Position numbers and translations under genes: made by a program. Of a stretch of 64,000 nt of DNA, positions 10,702 through 20,250 are shown one piece after another. The notes under the pieces are model-generated. The model was not told the DNA's origin, did no database searches, and was given only the letters and a program-made list of their open reading frames with translations. Source of the stretch: Nitrospirota bacterium (GTDB lineage Bacteria > Nitrospirota > UBA9217); contig DASPSR010000052.1 of assembly GCA_035623825.1 (NCBI GenBank), positions 10,699 through 74,698 on the forward strand. Reading direction: 5' to 3'. How positions within the stretch are numbered: position 1 is the stretch's first letter; every line of letters begins with the position of its first letter.

Positions 10702-11819
10702 AAGTCGTCGTTATCCTTCCCGCCTGCAATGAAAAAGAGGATGTTCTGCTGCTACTTCGGTCGCTTCTGGGGCAATTCTCGAAAATTTCTCATGATATGC
10801 ATATCCTGATTGTTGATGACAACTCCTCGGTCGGAGTGGCGGATGCCGTCAGGGCAGAATTCAGGACAGCATCGAACATCTTTTTGATCACCGGTAGGGG
10901 GAAGGGTCTCGGGGCCGCCTATATACTGGGCATGAAATACGCAATCACTGATCTCCATGCCGATGCCGTGATCGAGATGGACGCGGACATCTCCCAGAAG
11001 CCCGATGACGTGCCCCGGTTGATCGGGGCTTTGGATCAGGGAGACGACTTTGTGATCGGCAGCGGCTGTGTACCGGGAGGGAAATTACCTGAGGACTGGG
11101 GCTTTCTAAGGAAGATGAATTACAAGTGGGGTAACGTCTTTGTCCGGTACCTGGCTGGGATATACAAGGTTAGGGATTGCACAGCGGGGTTCCGGGCAAT
11201 CCGCTCTCCGCTTATCAGGAAGATGGACCTTGACGCGCTCAAGGGAGACGGATACTCATTCCAGCTATCGCTCCTCCATGAGGCGATCGTCAATGATGCT
11301 GTTGTACGGGAAATCCCCGTCGAGTTCGTGGACAGGCGAAGAGGTCAGAAGAAACCGGGTTTTTCCGACATGGTCGGATTCATGCTGAATGCGTGGCGGA
11401 TACGGTTCGATCGGAGCAAGACCTTCTTGAAATTTTCCGTCGTCGGGGCAACAGGGGTCGTCGTGAATCTCGCCTCGTTCACGATATTGATGGCTTTCGG
11501 GCTGAGCAAATTTATCGCGTCTCCCTTAGCAATCGAGCTGTCAATCATATCTAATTTTGTTTTCAATAATTTCTGGACGTTCTCGGACAGAGGGGGTAAT
11601 GGCAGGATCCATAGCCGGGCCGTGAAGTTTCATATCATTTCCGTAGTTGCCCTCGTGGTCAGCTATAGCACATTTCTGTTGTTGAGCATGATCGATCCGG
11701 CTGGCATACCGCAAATTCATCAGGCAGTTGGCATTGTGCCCGCCGCGCTCATCAATTATTTCCTGAACGCCTACTGGACGTTCAAGGACGACGGGCACCC
11801 CCGTAGCCGTGCGCGATAA
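10698..11819 (+). CDS. GT2 (polyprenol-phosphate mannose synthase-like) fused to a GtrA-type flippase domain
   Basis: ATGA overlap with the upstream stop; MKVVVILP, MDAD and DCTAGFRA motifs; C-terminal FLKFSVVG...NNFWTF...YWTF GtrA pattern. Confidence 0.85.
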   Translation: MKVVVILPACNEKEDVLLLLRSLLGQFSKISHDMHILIVDDNSSVGVADAVRAEFRTASNIFLITGRGKGLGAAYILGMKYAITDLHADAVIEMDADISQKPDDVPRLIGALDQGDDFVIGSGCVPGGKLPEDWGFLRKMNYKWGNVFVRYLAGIYKVRDCTAGFRAIRSPLIRKMDLDALKGDGYSFQLSLLHEAIVNDAVVREIPVEFVDRRRGQKKPGFSDMVGFMLNAWRIRFDRSKTFLKFSVVGATGVVVNLASFTILMAFGLSKFIASPLAIELSIISNFVFNNFWTFSDRGGNGRIHSRAVKFHIISVVALVVSYSTFLLLSMIDPAGIPQIHQAVGIVPAALINYFLNAYWTFKDDGHPRSRAR

Positions 11820-11895
11820 CGGATCGCCTGTCAGGCGTTGAAGCCGCCCCGTGATTCTCCAGGGGGTTTATCGCTGCTCAACCCTTCCGAATGTT

Positions 11896-13761
11896 TTAGG
11901 AAATTTGTGCAAGCTCCTTTAACTGCCGATCGAATTCTTTTGCCTTCGCGTCGTGTTCGTTCGTTGCCTTCTCGAGTTCTGCGAAGAGCGTATCGATGTT
12001 CGTTTTGGCGTCGCGCACGGCCGTCGAGAGCCGCTTGATCTCAAGGGCCCGGCCCTTCATCGACGCTTCAAGGAGCTCCTGAGTGTCCCTCTCCACCCCT
12101 TGTTCTAGCCGTGTGATCTCTTGTTCGAGGAGCGCGATCCTGTTCTTGAGCGTCCCGAGGACCTTCGACTTGTCAGAGATGATCCCGGCACGCATTTTTT
12201 TAGCGTCCTTCCGATTCACGCTCCTGTCAGATTCCGCCTTCTCCCCAAGCTTTGCGCGCACCCCTCCCTCATCCCGCCAACCCAGGCGCTCGAGGAAGTC
12301 GAAGTATGTGCCTTCGAAGACACTGACAGTACCGCCATCGAAGACGATCAGCTTTGTCGCCACTGCCTCCAGTATCATCTCGCTGTGAGTAACAATGATG
12401 ACCGCTCCGTCAAAGACCTCGATGGCCTCGATCAGCGAGTCGATCGACTCCATGTCCAGGTGGTTCGTTGGCTCATCCAGCAGAAGCAGGTTGGCCGGCG
12501 AGACCAGCAGTTTTCCCAGCAGCACACGGCTTCTCTCTCCGCCCGAGAGGACGCTTACCTTCTTAAGCGCATTGTCCCCCTCGAACATCATGAGTCCGCA
12601 AATCGAGCGCGCCTCGTTCTGGCTGTGGTCCGGATGGGCGTCCATGATCTCTTGGAGCGCCGTTTTGTCAGGCCGCAGACGGTTGATATTGGTCTGGCCG
12701 AAGTAGGCGATCTTTGCATTCGGGTGGAGTTTGAGCGCTCCGCTGTTCGGAGAGAGCTCCCTGGCCAGCAAATTCAGGAGCGTGGTTTTGCCCTTGCCGT
12801 TCTTCCCGATCACTGCGATGCGGTCCTTTTTGCCGACGGTAAAGGTCAGACCGTCGATCAGTTTCGGGCCGTTCGAAGAGAATGAAAAAAAAATGTCTTC
12901 CACGGTCATAAGCCGTTTGGCCGCGAATGGAGCGTACCGGAACTGGAAGTCGAGGGACTTGATCTCGTCGAGCTTCTCAAGCTTCTCGTGTTTTTCGAGC
13001 GCCTTGATCCGGGACTGGACCGCACGGGCCTTCGTGGCCTGGGCGCGGAAGCGGTTGATGAACTGCTCGACTTCTTTCCTTTTTTTCTCATCGTTCTGTC
13101 GCGTCTTTTCATAGATCTCTTCTTCCAGGAGGATTTGATCGTAGTATTTCTGCGTGGATCCTGCGATCTTGCGCACCTTGCAGCGATGGATGCCCATCGT
13201 ATGGGTGGTGACACTGTCCATGAAGTCTCGGTCGTGAGTGATGATGATGAGCTCGCACCTCCAGGCGCGCAAAAACTGCGTGAGCCAGCGGACCGAGACA
13301 ATATCGAGATAGTTTGTGGGCTCATCCAAAAGCAGGAGGTTTGGCTCGGACACGAGTACCTTGGCGAGATTCAACCGCACCTGGTAACCACCCGATAATG
13401 ATTTGGGCGGGCGGTGGAAGTCCTCGTTCGTGAATCCGAGCCCGTGGAGAATGGTCTCGGCCTTATATGTCTCGTCGCGATGATCCTCATTGATCGGAAG
13501 GCTCAGACAGGTTTCCCGGAGAACGGTATCTTCCGTAAAATGAATGTGCTGCGAGAGGTGCCTGATCGTGTACCCCGAGGGCACAGTTATAGTTCCGCTG
13601 TCGGGATGTTCCTGGTCAAGGATCATGCGCAAGAGCGTGGTCTTGCCGTGGCCGTTCCTCCCGACGAGCCCCACGCGCTCGCCCGAGTTTATGGCAAAGC
13701 TGACTCCGTCGAAAAGCAACTGCTTGCCGTAGGATTTTTCAATGTTTGTTACTTGGAGCAT
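11896..13761 (-). CDS. ABC-F family ATPase (YheS/YdiF-like)
   Basis: Two ABC domains (GRNGHGKT, GKNGKGKT, LDEPTN) and a C-terminal coiled coil. Start taken at MLQVTNIEKSYG (13761). Confidence 0.9.
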   Translation of the reverse strand: MLQVTNIEKSYGKQLLFDGVSFAINSGERVGLVGRNGHGKTTLLRMILDQEHPDSGTITVPSGYTIRHLSQHIHFTEDTVLRETCLSLPINEDHRDETYKAETILHGLGFTNEDFHRPPKSLSGGYQVRLNLAKVLVSEPNLLLLDEPTNYLDIVSVRWLTQFLRAWRCELIIITHDRDFMDSVTTHTMGIHRCKVRKIAGSTQKYYDQILLEEEIYEKTRQNDEKKRKEVEQFINRFRAQATKARAVQSRIKALEKHEKLEKLDEIKSLDFQFRYAPFAAKRLMTVEDIFFSFSSNGPKLIDGLTFTVGKKDRIAVIGKNGKGKTTLLNLLARELSPNSGALKLHPNAKIAYFGQTNINRLRPDKTALQEIMDAHPDHSQNEARSICGLMMFEGDNALKKVSVLSGGERSRVLLGKLLVSPANLLLLDEPTNHLDMESIDSLIEAIEVFDGAVIIVTHSEMILEAVATKLIVFDGGTVSVFEGTYFDFLERLGWRDEGGVRAKLGEKAESDRSVNRKDAKKMRAGIISDKSKVLGTLKNRIALLEQEITRLEQGVERDTQELLEASMKGRALEIKRLSTAVRDAKTNIDTLFAELEKATNEHDAKAKEFDRQLKELAQIS

Positions 13762-13935
13762 GGTCAGTCTCTGATAAACGCCGCACCACCTGCCGATGCG
13801 ACAAAAAATATAATACCGTAGGACAGCCGCCCATGGCAAATGTTTTTTCACCACAAGCGGCCTGAGGAATCGTCTGTGATCCTGATCACTCTCCCGATCC
13901 GGCAAGGAATGCGGCAGGCGTTTTTCATCTCTCTC

Positions 13936-13964
13936 TTGACAATAGAGTGATGAAGTGATAGATT
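13936..13964 (+). promoter_or_regulatory. sigma70-type promoter upstream of the riboswitch
   Basis: TTGACA-N17-TAGATT with a TG extension. Confidence 0.6.
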
Positions 13965-13995
13965 TTAAACTACTTGTTGGAAACACTTGAATGGT

Positions 13996-14140
13996 AACTT
14001 TGCTCAGAGCAAACCATGGGAAACCATGGGGCGCAGAGCCACGAAGCTAAATAAAACAGGAATCTCTTCCCGCTCGTAGCGGGGTGATGAGCAGGAGGAA
14101 GAATAACTGTCTTATATGCTAGTCGAGCCGCCAAAGGGTT
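13996..14140 (+). ncRNA. cyclic dinucleotide class I (GEMM-I) riboswitch aptamer, A20 variant (predicted 3',3'-cGAMP)
   Basis: CUUUG-CUCAGAGCAAACC; P2 CCAUGG-GAAA-CCAUGG; GCGCAGAGCC junction; CUAA/UAUG tetraloop receptor; GCCGCCAAAG closing P1. Confidence 0.85.
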
Positions 14141-14164
14141 TGTGACTGCTTTGGCGGTTTTTTT
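14127..14164 (+). terminator. riboswitch expression-platform intrinsic terminator
   Basis: GCCGCCAAAG-loop-CTTTGGCGGT followed by a T run; the 5' arm overlaps the aptamer P1 3' strand. Confidence 0.85.
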
Positions 14165-14241
14165 ATTGAATAGAAGGGTGGCTGATGTTAACCTATGACG
14201 TCACCTTACGTTGTCAATTTCCGATTCAGGAGGAGAGGAAT

Positions 14242-14691
14242 ATGAATCGAGCAAAGAACCTCGTACTGGTTGTTCTGCTGTTCCTCATGGCGGCATGTTC
14301 GCCGAAGATATATGGGACCGTGCATCTTTTCGATGCAAATATGCAGCCCATTCCAGCCACAACAGAAAACCCGCAGGGTACGGTGGTGAACATGATCAAC
14401 ACTACCACAAACCTGGAGAAGGCATCTCATGCAGTAACGGTGAACGCCGAGGGCAAGTTCGAGTCCGTCAAGGACGCCATCATCCCGGGGATATACAAGG
14501 TTGAGGCAAGCAGGATCGGCTTCATGACGGAGACGCAGAGCGTGGAAGTTACCAAGTTCGGGCGCAAGAAGGTGGAGTTCAAACTCAAGAAGATCCCCGA
14601 GGGCAAACGCAAGACCATTGAAGGATCGAAGTCCGACGAAGACAAGATCGTGAACCCCGGTGAGGTCAATATCGAACCGCCGACCATGTGA
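14242..14691 (+). CDS. lipoprotein with a carboxypeptidase-regulatory-like (Ig/transthyretin) domain
   Basis: AGGAGG RBS, lipobox MAAC, PGIYKVEASRIGF motif. Confidence 0.75.
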   Translation: MNRAKNLVLVVLLFLMAACSPKIYGTVHLFDANMQPIPATTENPQGTVVNMINTTTNLEKASHAVTVNAEGKFESVKDAIIPGIYKVEASRIGFMTETQSVEVTKFGRKKVEFKLKKIPEGKRKTIEGSKSDEDKIVNPGEVNIEPPTM

Positions 14692-14766
14692 CGATGCGGT
14701 GCGTCGATATGGCGAATTTCAATCCTCTTTTCCCCATGTCTATATGTTTTTCGAAGGAGGCGTCCT

Positions 14767-17340
14767 ATGGGTAAGCTCTCTGTACGGTCAGCTCTGATCA
14801 TGTCGGCATCGTTGATGCTCTTTGCATGCGCGGGCGAAAAGCTTGAAATCGAAGTGAAGGCCCGGGTAGATGGCAAGCCTGCGACGCAGGCAACGGTCAC
14901 CATAGACGGCGAGGAGCAGGGCGTCACCGATGCGAACGGTACCTTTACGAAGATCTTGGTGAAGAAACCAGGCGCCGAGGTCGAGGTCGCGGTTGTCAAG
15001 GAAATGCCAGGCTACCGGATCAAGCCCTGGAAGACCACCTTCCTCGTCAAACTTGCCAAGTCTGGGACTGTGGAGAAGTATTCTTTCGAAGCTGAACTTC
15101 CAGCCTCGCGATATGTGACGATCCGTGCTACGGAGAAGGGAGTCCCGGTTCCCGATGCCGTGGTCAAGGCAGGTGGAACAGAAGCGGGAAAGACCGATGC
15201 AAAGGGCGAATTCGTATACGAATATCAGGAGCTGCCAAAAACGGGAATCGACCTGGCCGTGAGCAAACCGGGATACAGCGTCTGGCGCATGACCGGAGCA
15301 GTTGAACCTGGCCAGCAGATAGAGGCTGCCCTCAACAAAAGGGTTTTACTTACCATCTCGGCGCTCATGGAGGAATACGGCCAGGCGAGCGGCATCCCGG
15401 GGATTTCTGTGACCATTGACAAAAAGCAGGTGGGCGCGACTGATGCCAAGGGGATGTATACTTTCAGCTATGAAGGCGAGCCGGGAAGAAAGGTTCAGAT
15501 CGCGCTTGCCGCTGACGGTTATATTCCAGCAACCTGGAAGACTTCCGCTGTGCTTGAAGGCGATATCACCCTCCAACGGTATTTCTATCCGACGACGCCC
15601 AAGCCGATCCGGATCGGCATCTACCGCTTTATAGGAAATACGCCGAACGTTGACCTCAATGATGTTGTGGCACAGACAGAATCCGCCTTGGCAGCGCAGC
15701 TCTTCAAGAATTCCTGTTTCCGCGAGGTGCAGACAAAAACGCTCCAGGCCGAGATCAAGCGCGCGAAGTTGAACATTGAGAAGATCACCGCCAGGGGATG
15801 GAGGGACACACCGCTCCGTAAAACCGTGGACATGATCATTCTCGGCAGTGTAGCCAAGGAAGACACGGGCCTGCTGATCGAGACCAAGTTCTATACGTCC
15901 GGTGGCAAGCTCATCCTGAGCCATATCACGAGGGCCAGAGGGGCAGGAGACATCAACAGCGCTGCCAAGGAGATAGCCTCAGCCGTGCTTGAACGGTTCC
16001 CGTTTGAGGGCACCGTAATATCCATCGAAGGCGAGCGGTACCGGATCAATCTCGGCAAGTCAGGCTACCGGATCAGCAGCGGAACCGAGTTTGCCCTCAT
16101 GGCTCCGCGTCTCGACGAGAGCGGCAAGATCTCGGGATACCGGGAGACGGGCAGGCTCAAGATCAAGAAGGCCGAGGACGCCGGTTCTTGGGCGGAGGTT
16201 GAAGACCTGAAAAAAGGAGAGAAGATCGCGATCGGTGATCGGGCGGTGCGCCGCATCTACCGTGAAGGCGAGGAGGAGGGCGCGCGCAATTACTTTGTCG
16301 TCTCCGTAAAGGGGGGTATCCCTCCTGATGTGTCGCCCCTGGCCGGAGTGAACATCTATATGAACGATGAGTGGCTTGGCACCACGGGTGCCGACGGAAA
16401 GGCCGAGGTCCCCGTGCGCCTCGGTAAGAGCTTCAACCTCGTGCTCTACCGGCACGGGTACCAGCAAGTGAGCGATAAGGTCACGATCGAAAAGAATAAG
16501 GACACGAAGGAATTCGTACTAAGTGTCAATAATTCCGTGTTCAAGGTGGATTCCGATCCGCAGTCGGCAGAAGTTTTCGTGGACGGGGAGAAGATCGGGA
16601 AAACGCCGATCCTCGACGGCAAGCTGGTGAATCTCGGCTTCCATACGGTCAAGGTCTCGATTGGCGGCGATTACCGTGACTGGGAAGAGATAGTGGAGTT
16701 CTCCAAGAAAGAAGAGGACCGTACCGGAGACCGGAAGATCATCCTTCCCAAGGATTATCTCAAGATCGGGGAACGGGCCGAGCAGAATGGCGATGTCGAT
16801 GGTGCGATCCAAGCGTACCAGAGCACGGAGAAGGGACACCCTGACTACTCAGAGGCTCACCACCGGCTGGCTCAAATCTACCTCGATGACAAGAACGACT
16901 ACGATGCGGCGATTCGCGAGTTCGAGAACGTGCTCTCGCTGCCCGAGAACCAGCAGCTTGTCTATAAGCAGTTCGCTGTAGCCTTCACGAATCTCGGACA
17001 CGCATACTACGAGAAGGGAAGTGCCCTTGTGCAAAAAGACAGGGATGCTGCGGCGCAGGACTTCGCCATGGCTATCCAGAATCTGCAGATTGCGAAGCAG
17101 AACACGCGGTTCTTCCCGACAATGCATTACGACGAAGCCCTTCACGATACATATTATTACACGGCGCTTTCGTACCACAAGCTCTACCTTATCACGAGGA
17201 AGACCGCTATCCTGAACAGCGCCAACCGTGCGTGGCAGGAATACTTCGATTTTTTCCCGAAGAAGCTCGAAGGGAACAGCGCCTTCGATCAGGCCCGCGA
17301 GACGGCCCAGAAGTATTGGGACCAGATCAAGAACCTTTAA
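14767..17340 (+). CDS. large modular lipoprotein: repeated Ig-like/PEGA domains, CsgG/FlgT-like middle region, C-terminal TPRs
   Basis: Lipobox LFAC; repeated GxTDAxG; PEGA motif VDSDPQSAEVFVDG..GKTP; TPR-like helices at the end. Confidence 0.75.
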   Translation: MGKLSVRSALIMSASLMLFACAGEKLEIEVKARVDGKPATQATVTIDGEEQGVTDANGTFTKILVKKPGAEVEVAVVKEMPGYRIKPWKTTFLVKLAKSGTVEKYSFEAELPASRYVTIRATEKGVPVPDAVVKAGGTEAGKTDAKGEFVYEYQELPKTGIDLAVSKPGYSVWRMTGAVEPGQQIEAALNKRVLLTISALMEEYGQASGIPGISVTIDKKQVGATDAKGMYTFSYEGEPGRKVQIALAADGYIPATWKTSAVLEGDITLQRYFYPTTPKPIRIGIYRFIGNTPNVDLNDVVAQTESALAAQLFKNSCFREVQTKTLQAEIKRAKLNIEKITARGWRDTPLRKTVDMIILGSVAKEDTGLLIETKFYTSGGKLILSHITRARGAGDINSAAKEIASAVLERFPFEGTVISIEGERYRINLGKSGYRISSGTEFALMAPRLDESGKISGYRETGRLKIKKAEDAGSWAEVEDLKKGEKIAIGDRAVRRIYREGEEEGARNYFVVSVKGGIPPDVSPLAGVNIYMNDEWLGTTGADGKAEVPVRLGKSFNLVLYRHGYQQVSDKVTIEKNKDTKEFVLSVNNSVFKVDSDPQSAEVFVDGEKIGKTPILDGKLVNLGFHTVKVSIGGDYRDWEEIVEFSKKEEDRTGDRKIILPKDYLKIGERAEQNGDVDGAIQAYQSTEKGHPDYSEAHHRLAQIYLDDKNDYDAAIREFENVLSLPENQQLVYKQFAVAFTNLGHAYYEKGSALVQKDRDAAAQDFAMAIQNLQIAKQNTRFFPTMHYDEALHDTYYYTALSYHKLYLITRKTAILNSANRAWQEYFDFFPKKLEGNSAFDQARETAQKYWDQIKNL

Positions 17341-17361
17341 TTCACCGAAGGAGGGCCTTGA

Positions 17362-18579
17362 TTGAAGGCACGGAAGTATTGCGCGTTGAAGTATGCTGTG
17401 CTCGCTGCTGTGTTCATCGCGCGCGCCGGTGTGTCCGACGAGATCAAGTCTGTTCCCACGGATACGGCTGCTGGCGCCGGGACAGCGGTGCTTGAAAAGA
17501 AGCCGGAAGAAACAAAGACGGAGACGGTCGAGCCCTTGTTCGTGAGGCCCCTGACGAAGATTGAGGCCGGGCGGAACGATTCGAACCCGACATGGGCCCC
17601 GTTCGGCACGCTCATCGCGTTCGAGCGGAGCAGGGGAGACAAAAAAGAGATCATCATCACGTATCCCGACGGGACGCTTGTGCAGACCATTTACTTCCAC
17701 CTGTCCGAAGGCAGTAAAGAGATGAGGTTCTTCTTTCCCGGCGTCTATGAAGAGGAGAGCTACAACGCGGGCATCAGTTGGTCACCTGCCGGAGACCGCT
17801 TCGTGTTCATGAGCAACGGCGGAGTGGGAAACTATGACCTTTACCTGCAGGAGGTCGGCGGCAGTACAACGACGAGGCTGACGGACCACAAGGAAAAGGA
17901 CGGCCAGGCGCACTGGTCTCCCGTTGCCGATACCGTCGTTTTTGTATCAGGCAGGACCGGTAAAGGGGATATCTACCTGATGGACATCTCCACCCACGCA
18001 CTCACCCGGCTGACGCAGGGCGGGAAGGAATATCTGTACCCCCAGTGGTCACCGGACGGGAAAAAGATCGTGATGATGCAGGGAAGCAATGAGAACCACG
18101 ATATTGTCCTCATGACAGACATAACAAAGCCCATGGATTCGCAGAAGGCGCTGACGACTTGGCCTTTTGACGATCTGCGGCCTGTGTGGTCGCCGGACGG
18201 AAAGAAGATAGCCTTTTACTCGAACTATAATCCTGCGGGAGACCCAAAGATATGGTCGATCCTCGTGATCGCTTCTGACGGTTCGGACCCGACGCAGGGG
18301 GACGGCCTCGCCGCGAAGGTGGTGGCCATGGACGTTATCCCGGATGTGGAAGTAGGCCCTGCGTGGATGCCTGACAGTAACAGGATCGTGTACGTGAAGA
18401 ACGACCGGCAGGAGTACAATCCAATTTACGTAACCGATATCAGGAGGAAAACCTCCGTGCTGCTCAAGACAGACACAAAAATGAACCATGATCTCTCCTG
18501 TTCCCGCGATGGAACGATCTCATTTCGCGCACAAGTCGATCAGTGGGATCAGATTTACCTTGCGCAGATCAAAAAGTGA
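17362..18579 (+). CDS. TolB-like beta-propeller (PD40 repeat) secreted protein
   Basis: Repeated PxWSPDGKKI / WSP motifs after an N-terminal hydrophobic segment. Confidence 0.85.
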   Translation: MKARKYCALKYAVLAAVFIARAGVSDEIKSVPTDTAAGAGTAVLEKKPEETKTETVEPLFVRPLTKIEAGRNDSNPTWAPFGTLIAFERSRGDKKEIIITYPDGTLVQTIYFHLSEGSKEMRFFFPGVYEEESYNAGISWSPAGDRFVFMSNGGVGNYDLYLQEVGGSTTTRLTDHKEKDGQAHWSPVADTVVFVSGRTGKGDIYLMDISTHALTRLTQGGKEYLYPQWSPDGKKIVMMQGSNENHDIVLMTDITKPMDSQKALTTWPFDDLRPVWSPDGKKIAFYSNYNPAGDPKIWSILVIASDGSDPTQGDGLAAKVVAMDVIPDVEVGPAWMPDSNRIVYVKNDRQEYNPIYVTDIRRKTSVLLKTDTKMNHDLSCSRDGTISFRAQVDQWDQIYLAQIKK

Positions 18580-18691
18580 GAGGCAAGAAGGCAATGACGG
18601 AAACAAGGGCGGCAGAAATGACGCAGGAGAAGAGAGGGCGGGAACCGCTCGTTTTGCTGTCATCACGCGGGGTCTCTGAGATAGGGGTGTC

Positions 18692-20170
18692 ATGAAGCGA
18701 CTTATCTTTATCCTTTTCATATGTACCCTTACGGCTTCACCGGCATATTCCGCAGATGATGCCGTGTCGAGAGCGATGAAACTTTACGAAAAGCGTCACT
18801 ATGTCGAAGCAGCCGCTGCGCTCCGTGCCAATCCGGTGGAGCAGGGCAGACAGGGCGCTGCATATCTGACCCTTGGCATGATCTATCTCAAGAACGCCGA
18901 ACTGCACCGTGAGCTGTACCGGGAGTCGCTGTCGGTACACCTGGATTACCTCAAAAAGCTTTCCGCAATCCAGGGTAAGGACAGGAGCCGTTTCGTTGAT
19001 CTTTATTTTGGTGAAGCGCTCCTGGAGGCCGGGAAATACTCCCCCGCGCTGACCTATTTAGAGAAGTTCGCCGCCGACGAACGAGTGGAACCGCAATACC
19101 GGGCAGTTGCCAGAGCGTCCATCGGGATTTGCTTTTTTCTCCAGAATGACAAGCAGAAGGCGGAACAGATCTGGGCTGGACTGGCTACGTCCGATCCGAA
19201 GATGAAGGCGACGCTTGCCGCGGCGTACGCGAAGGCGGGTCTCAAGGGGAAAAAGCCCAGTGCATTGGCTGATGATGCCCTGATGGGTCTTAAGAAGTCC
19301 TCCCTGGGGCCGACCATGCAGGACATGGAGAATATCATTGCCGTCTATGCAAACGATGGACCCGTAGACAAGGGGCTCGATCTGCTGAAGCTCGCTGATT
19401 TAAAAGCGTTCTCATTCCAGGAATCATTGGGCAGGACCAAAGTGATCAATTTTTACGGCCTGTCGTTGCTCAATGACCTTTCCGAGCTCTACCTCCAGGC
19501 AAGCATCACCGTCCTTGAGAGGGTGGCCATGGATGCGAAGCTCAGGGATACGGCAAATTATTATCTTGGCGAGGCTTATGCGCTCTCTGGCAATATCGAC
19601 CAGTCCGTTCTGGCCACGTCATCGTTCATTTCCTCCCAGCAGATGCCGCAGCAGTATCGCGACAAAGCCGCCGTGCGCCAGGCCGCAAACCAGTACCAGA
19701 AAGACCGCCATTTCGATGTCATGGGCACTTGGGATGAGCTTTCGCAAAGGCAGCCCGAAGATCCCGACCTTCTTGCAGAGATACTCTTCGCCTGCGGCAG
19801 GTTGAAGGTAGATTGTCCCCAGATGGTCCAGAAGGCAGCGGCCTCCCTCGAGGCAGGAGAAGGAAAGCGGTTCTCCACCCTGAACATTGCTGTCGGCAGG
19901 TACTACCTCGGGAAAAAGGACTATTCGAAGGCAGTCATGTACCTCGAAGCCGGCCGCGACAAAGGCAACAAGAACAAGATCGAGTTCAACGACCCCCTGA
20001 TGCTCGTCGACCTGGCCGATGCATACTACCGGACAAAAAAATTCTCAGAGGCTCTTGAAATATATTTTGAGATGAGCAAGCAGTTCCCGGAGGTACGTCA
20101 AATTCAGGATGCGCTTCAGGGCATCTATGCAATGGAACACAAGAGCGCGGGAGACGTGAAGATTTTCTAA
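18692..20170 (+). CDS. secreted TPR/alpha-solenoid protein
   Basis: Signal peptide ending AYS-A; multiple TPR-like repeats. Confidence 0.75.
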   Translation: MKRLIFILFICTLTASPAYSADDAVSRAMKLYEKRHYVEAAAALRANPVEQGRQGAAYLTLGMIYLKNAELHRELYRESLSVHLDYLKKLSAIQGKDRSRFVDLYFGEALLEAGKYSPALTYLEKFAADERVEPQYRAVARASIGICFFLQNDKQKAEQIWAGLATSDPKMKATLAAAYAKAGLKGKKPSALADDALMGLKKSSLGPTMQDMENIIAVYANDGPVDKGLDLLKLADLKAFSFQESLGRTKVINFYGLSLLNDLSELYLQASITVLERVAMDAKLRDTANYYLGEAYALSGNIDQSVLATSSFISSQQMPQQYRDKAAVRQAANQYQKDRHFDVMGTWDELSQRQPEDPDLLAEILFACGRLKVDCPQMVQKAAASLEAGEGKRFSTLNIAVGRYYLGKKDYSKAVMYLEAGRDKGNKNKIEFNDPLMLVDLADAYYRTKKFSEALEIYFEMSKQFPEVRQIQDALQGIYAMEHKSAGDVKIF

Positions 20171-20250
20171 AGTGAACAATTTCCTTTCAGACTGAAGAGG
20201 TCGCACTGGTTTCCGCATTCCGTATTTCGAAATCGTTTGAGGAGGAGCTT

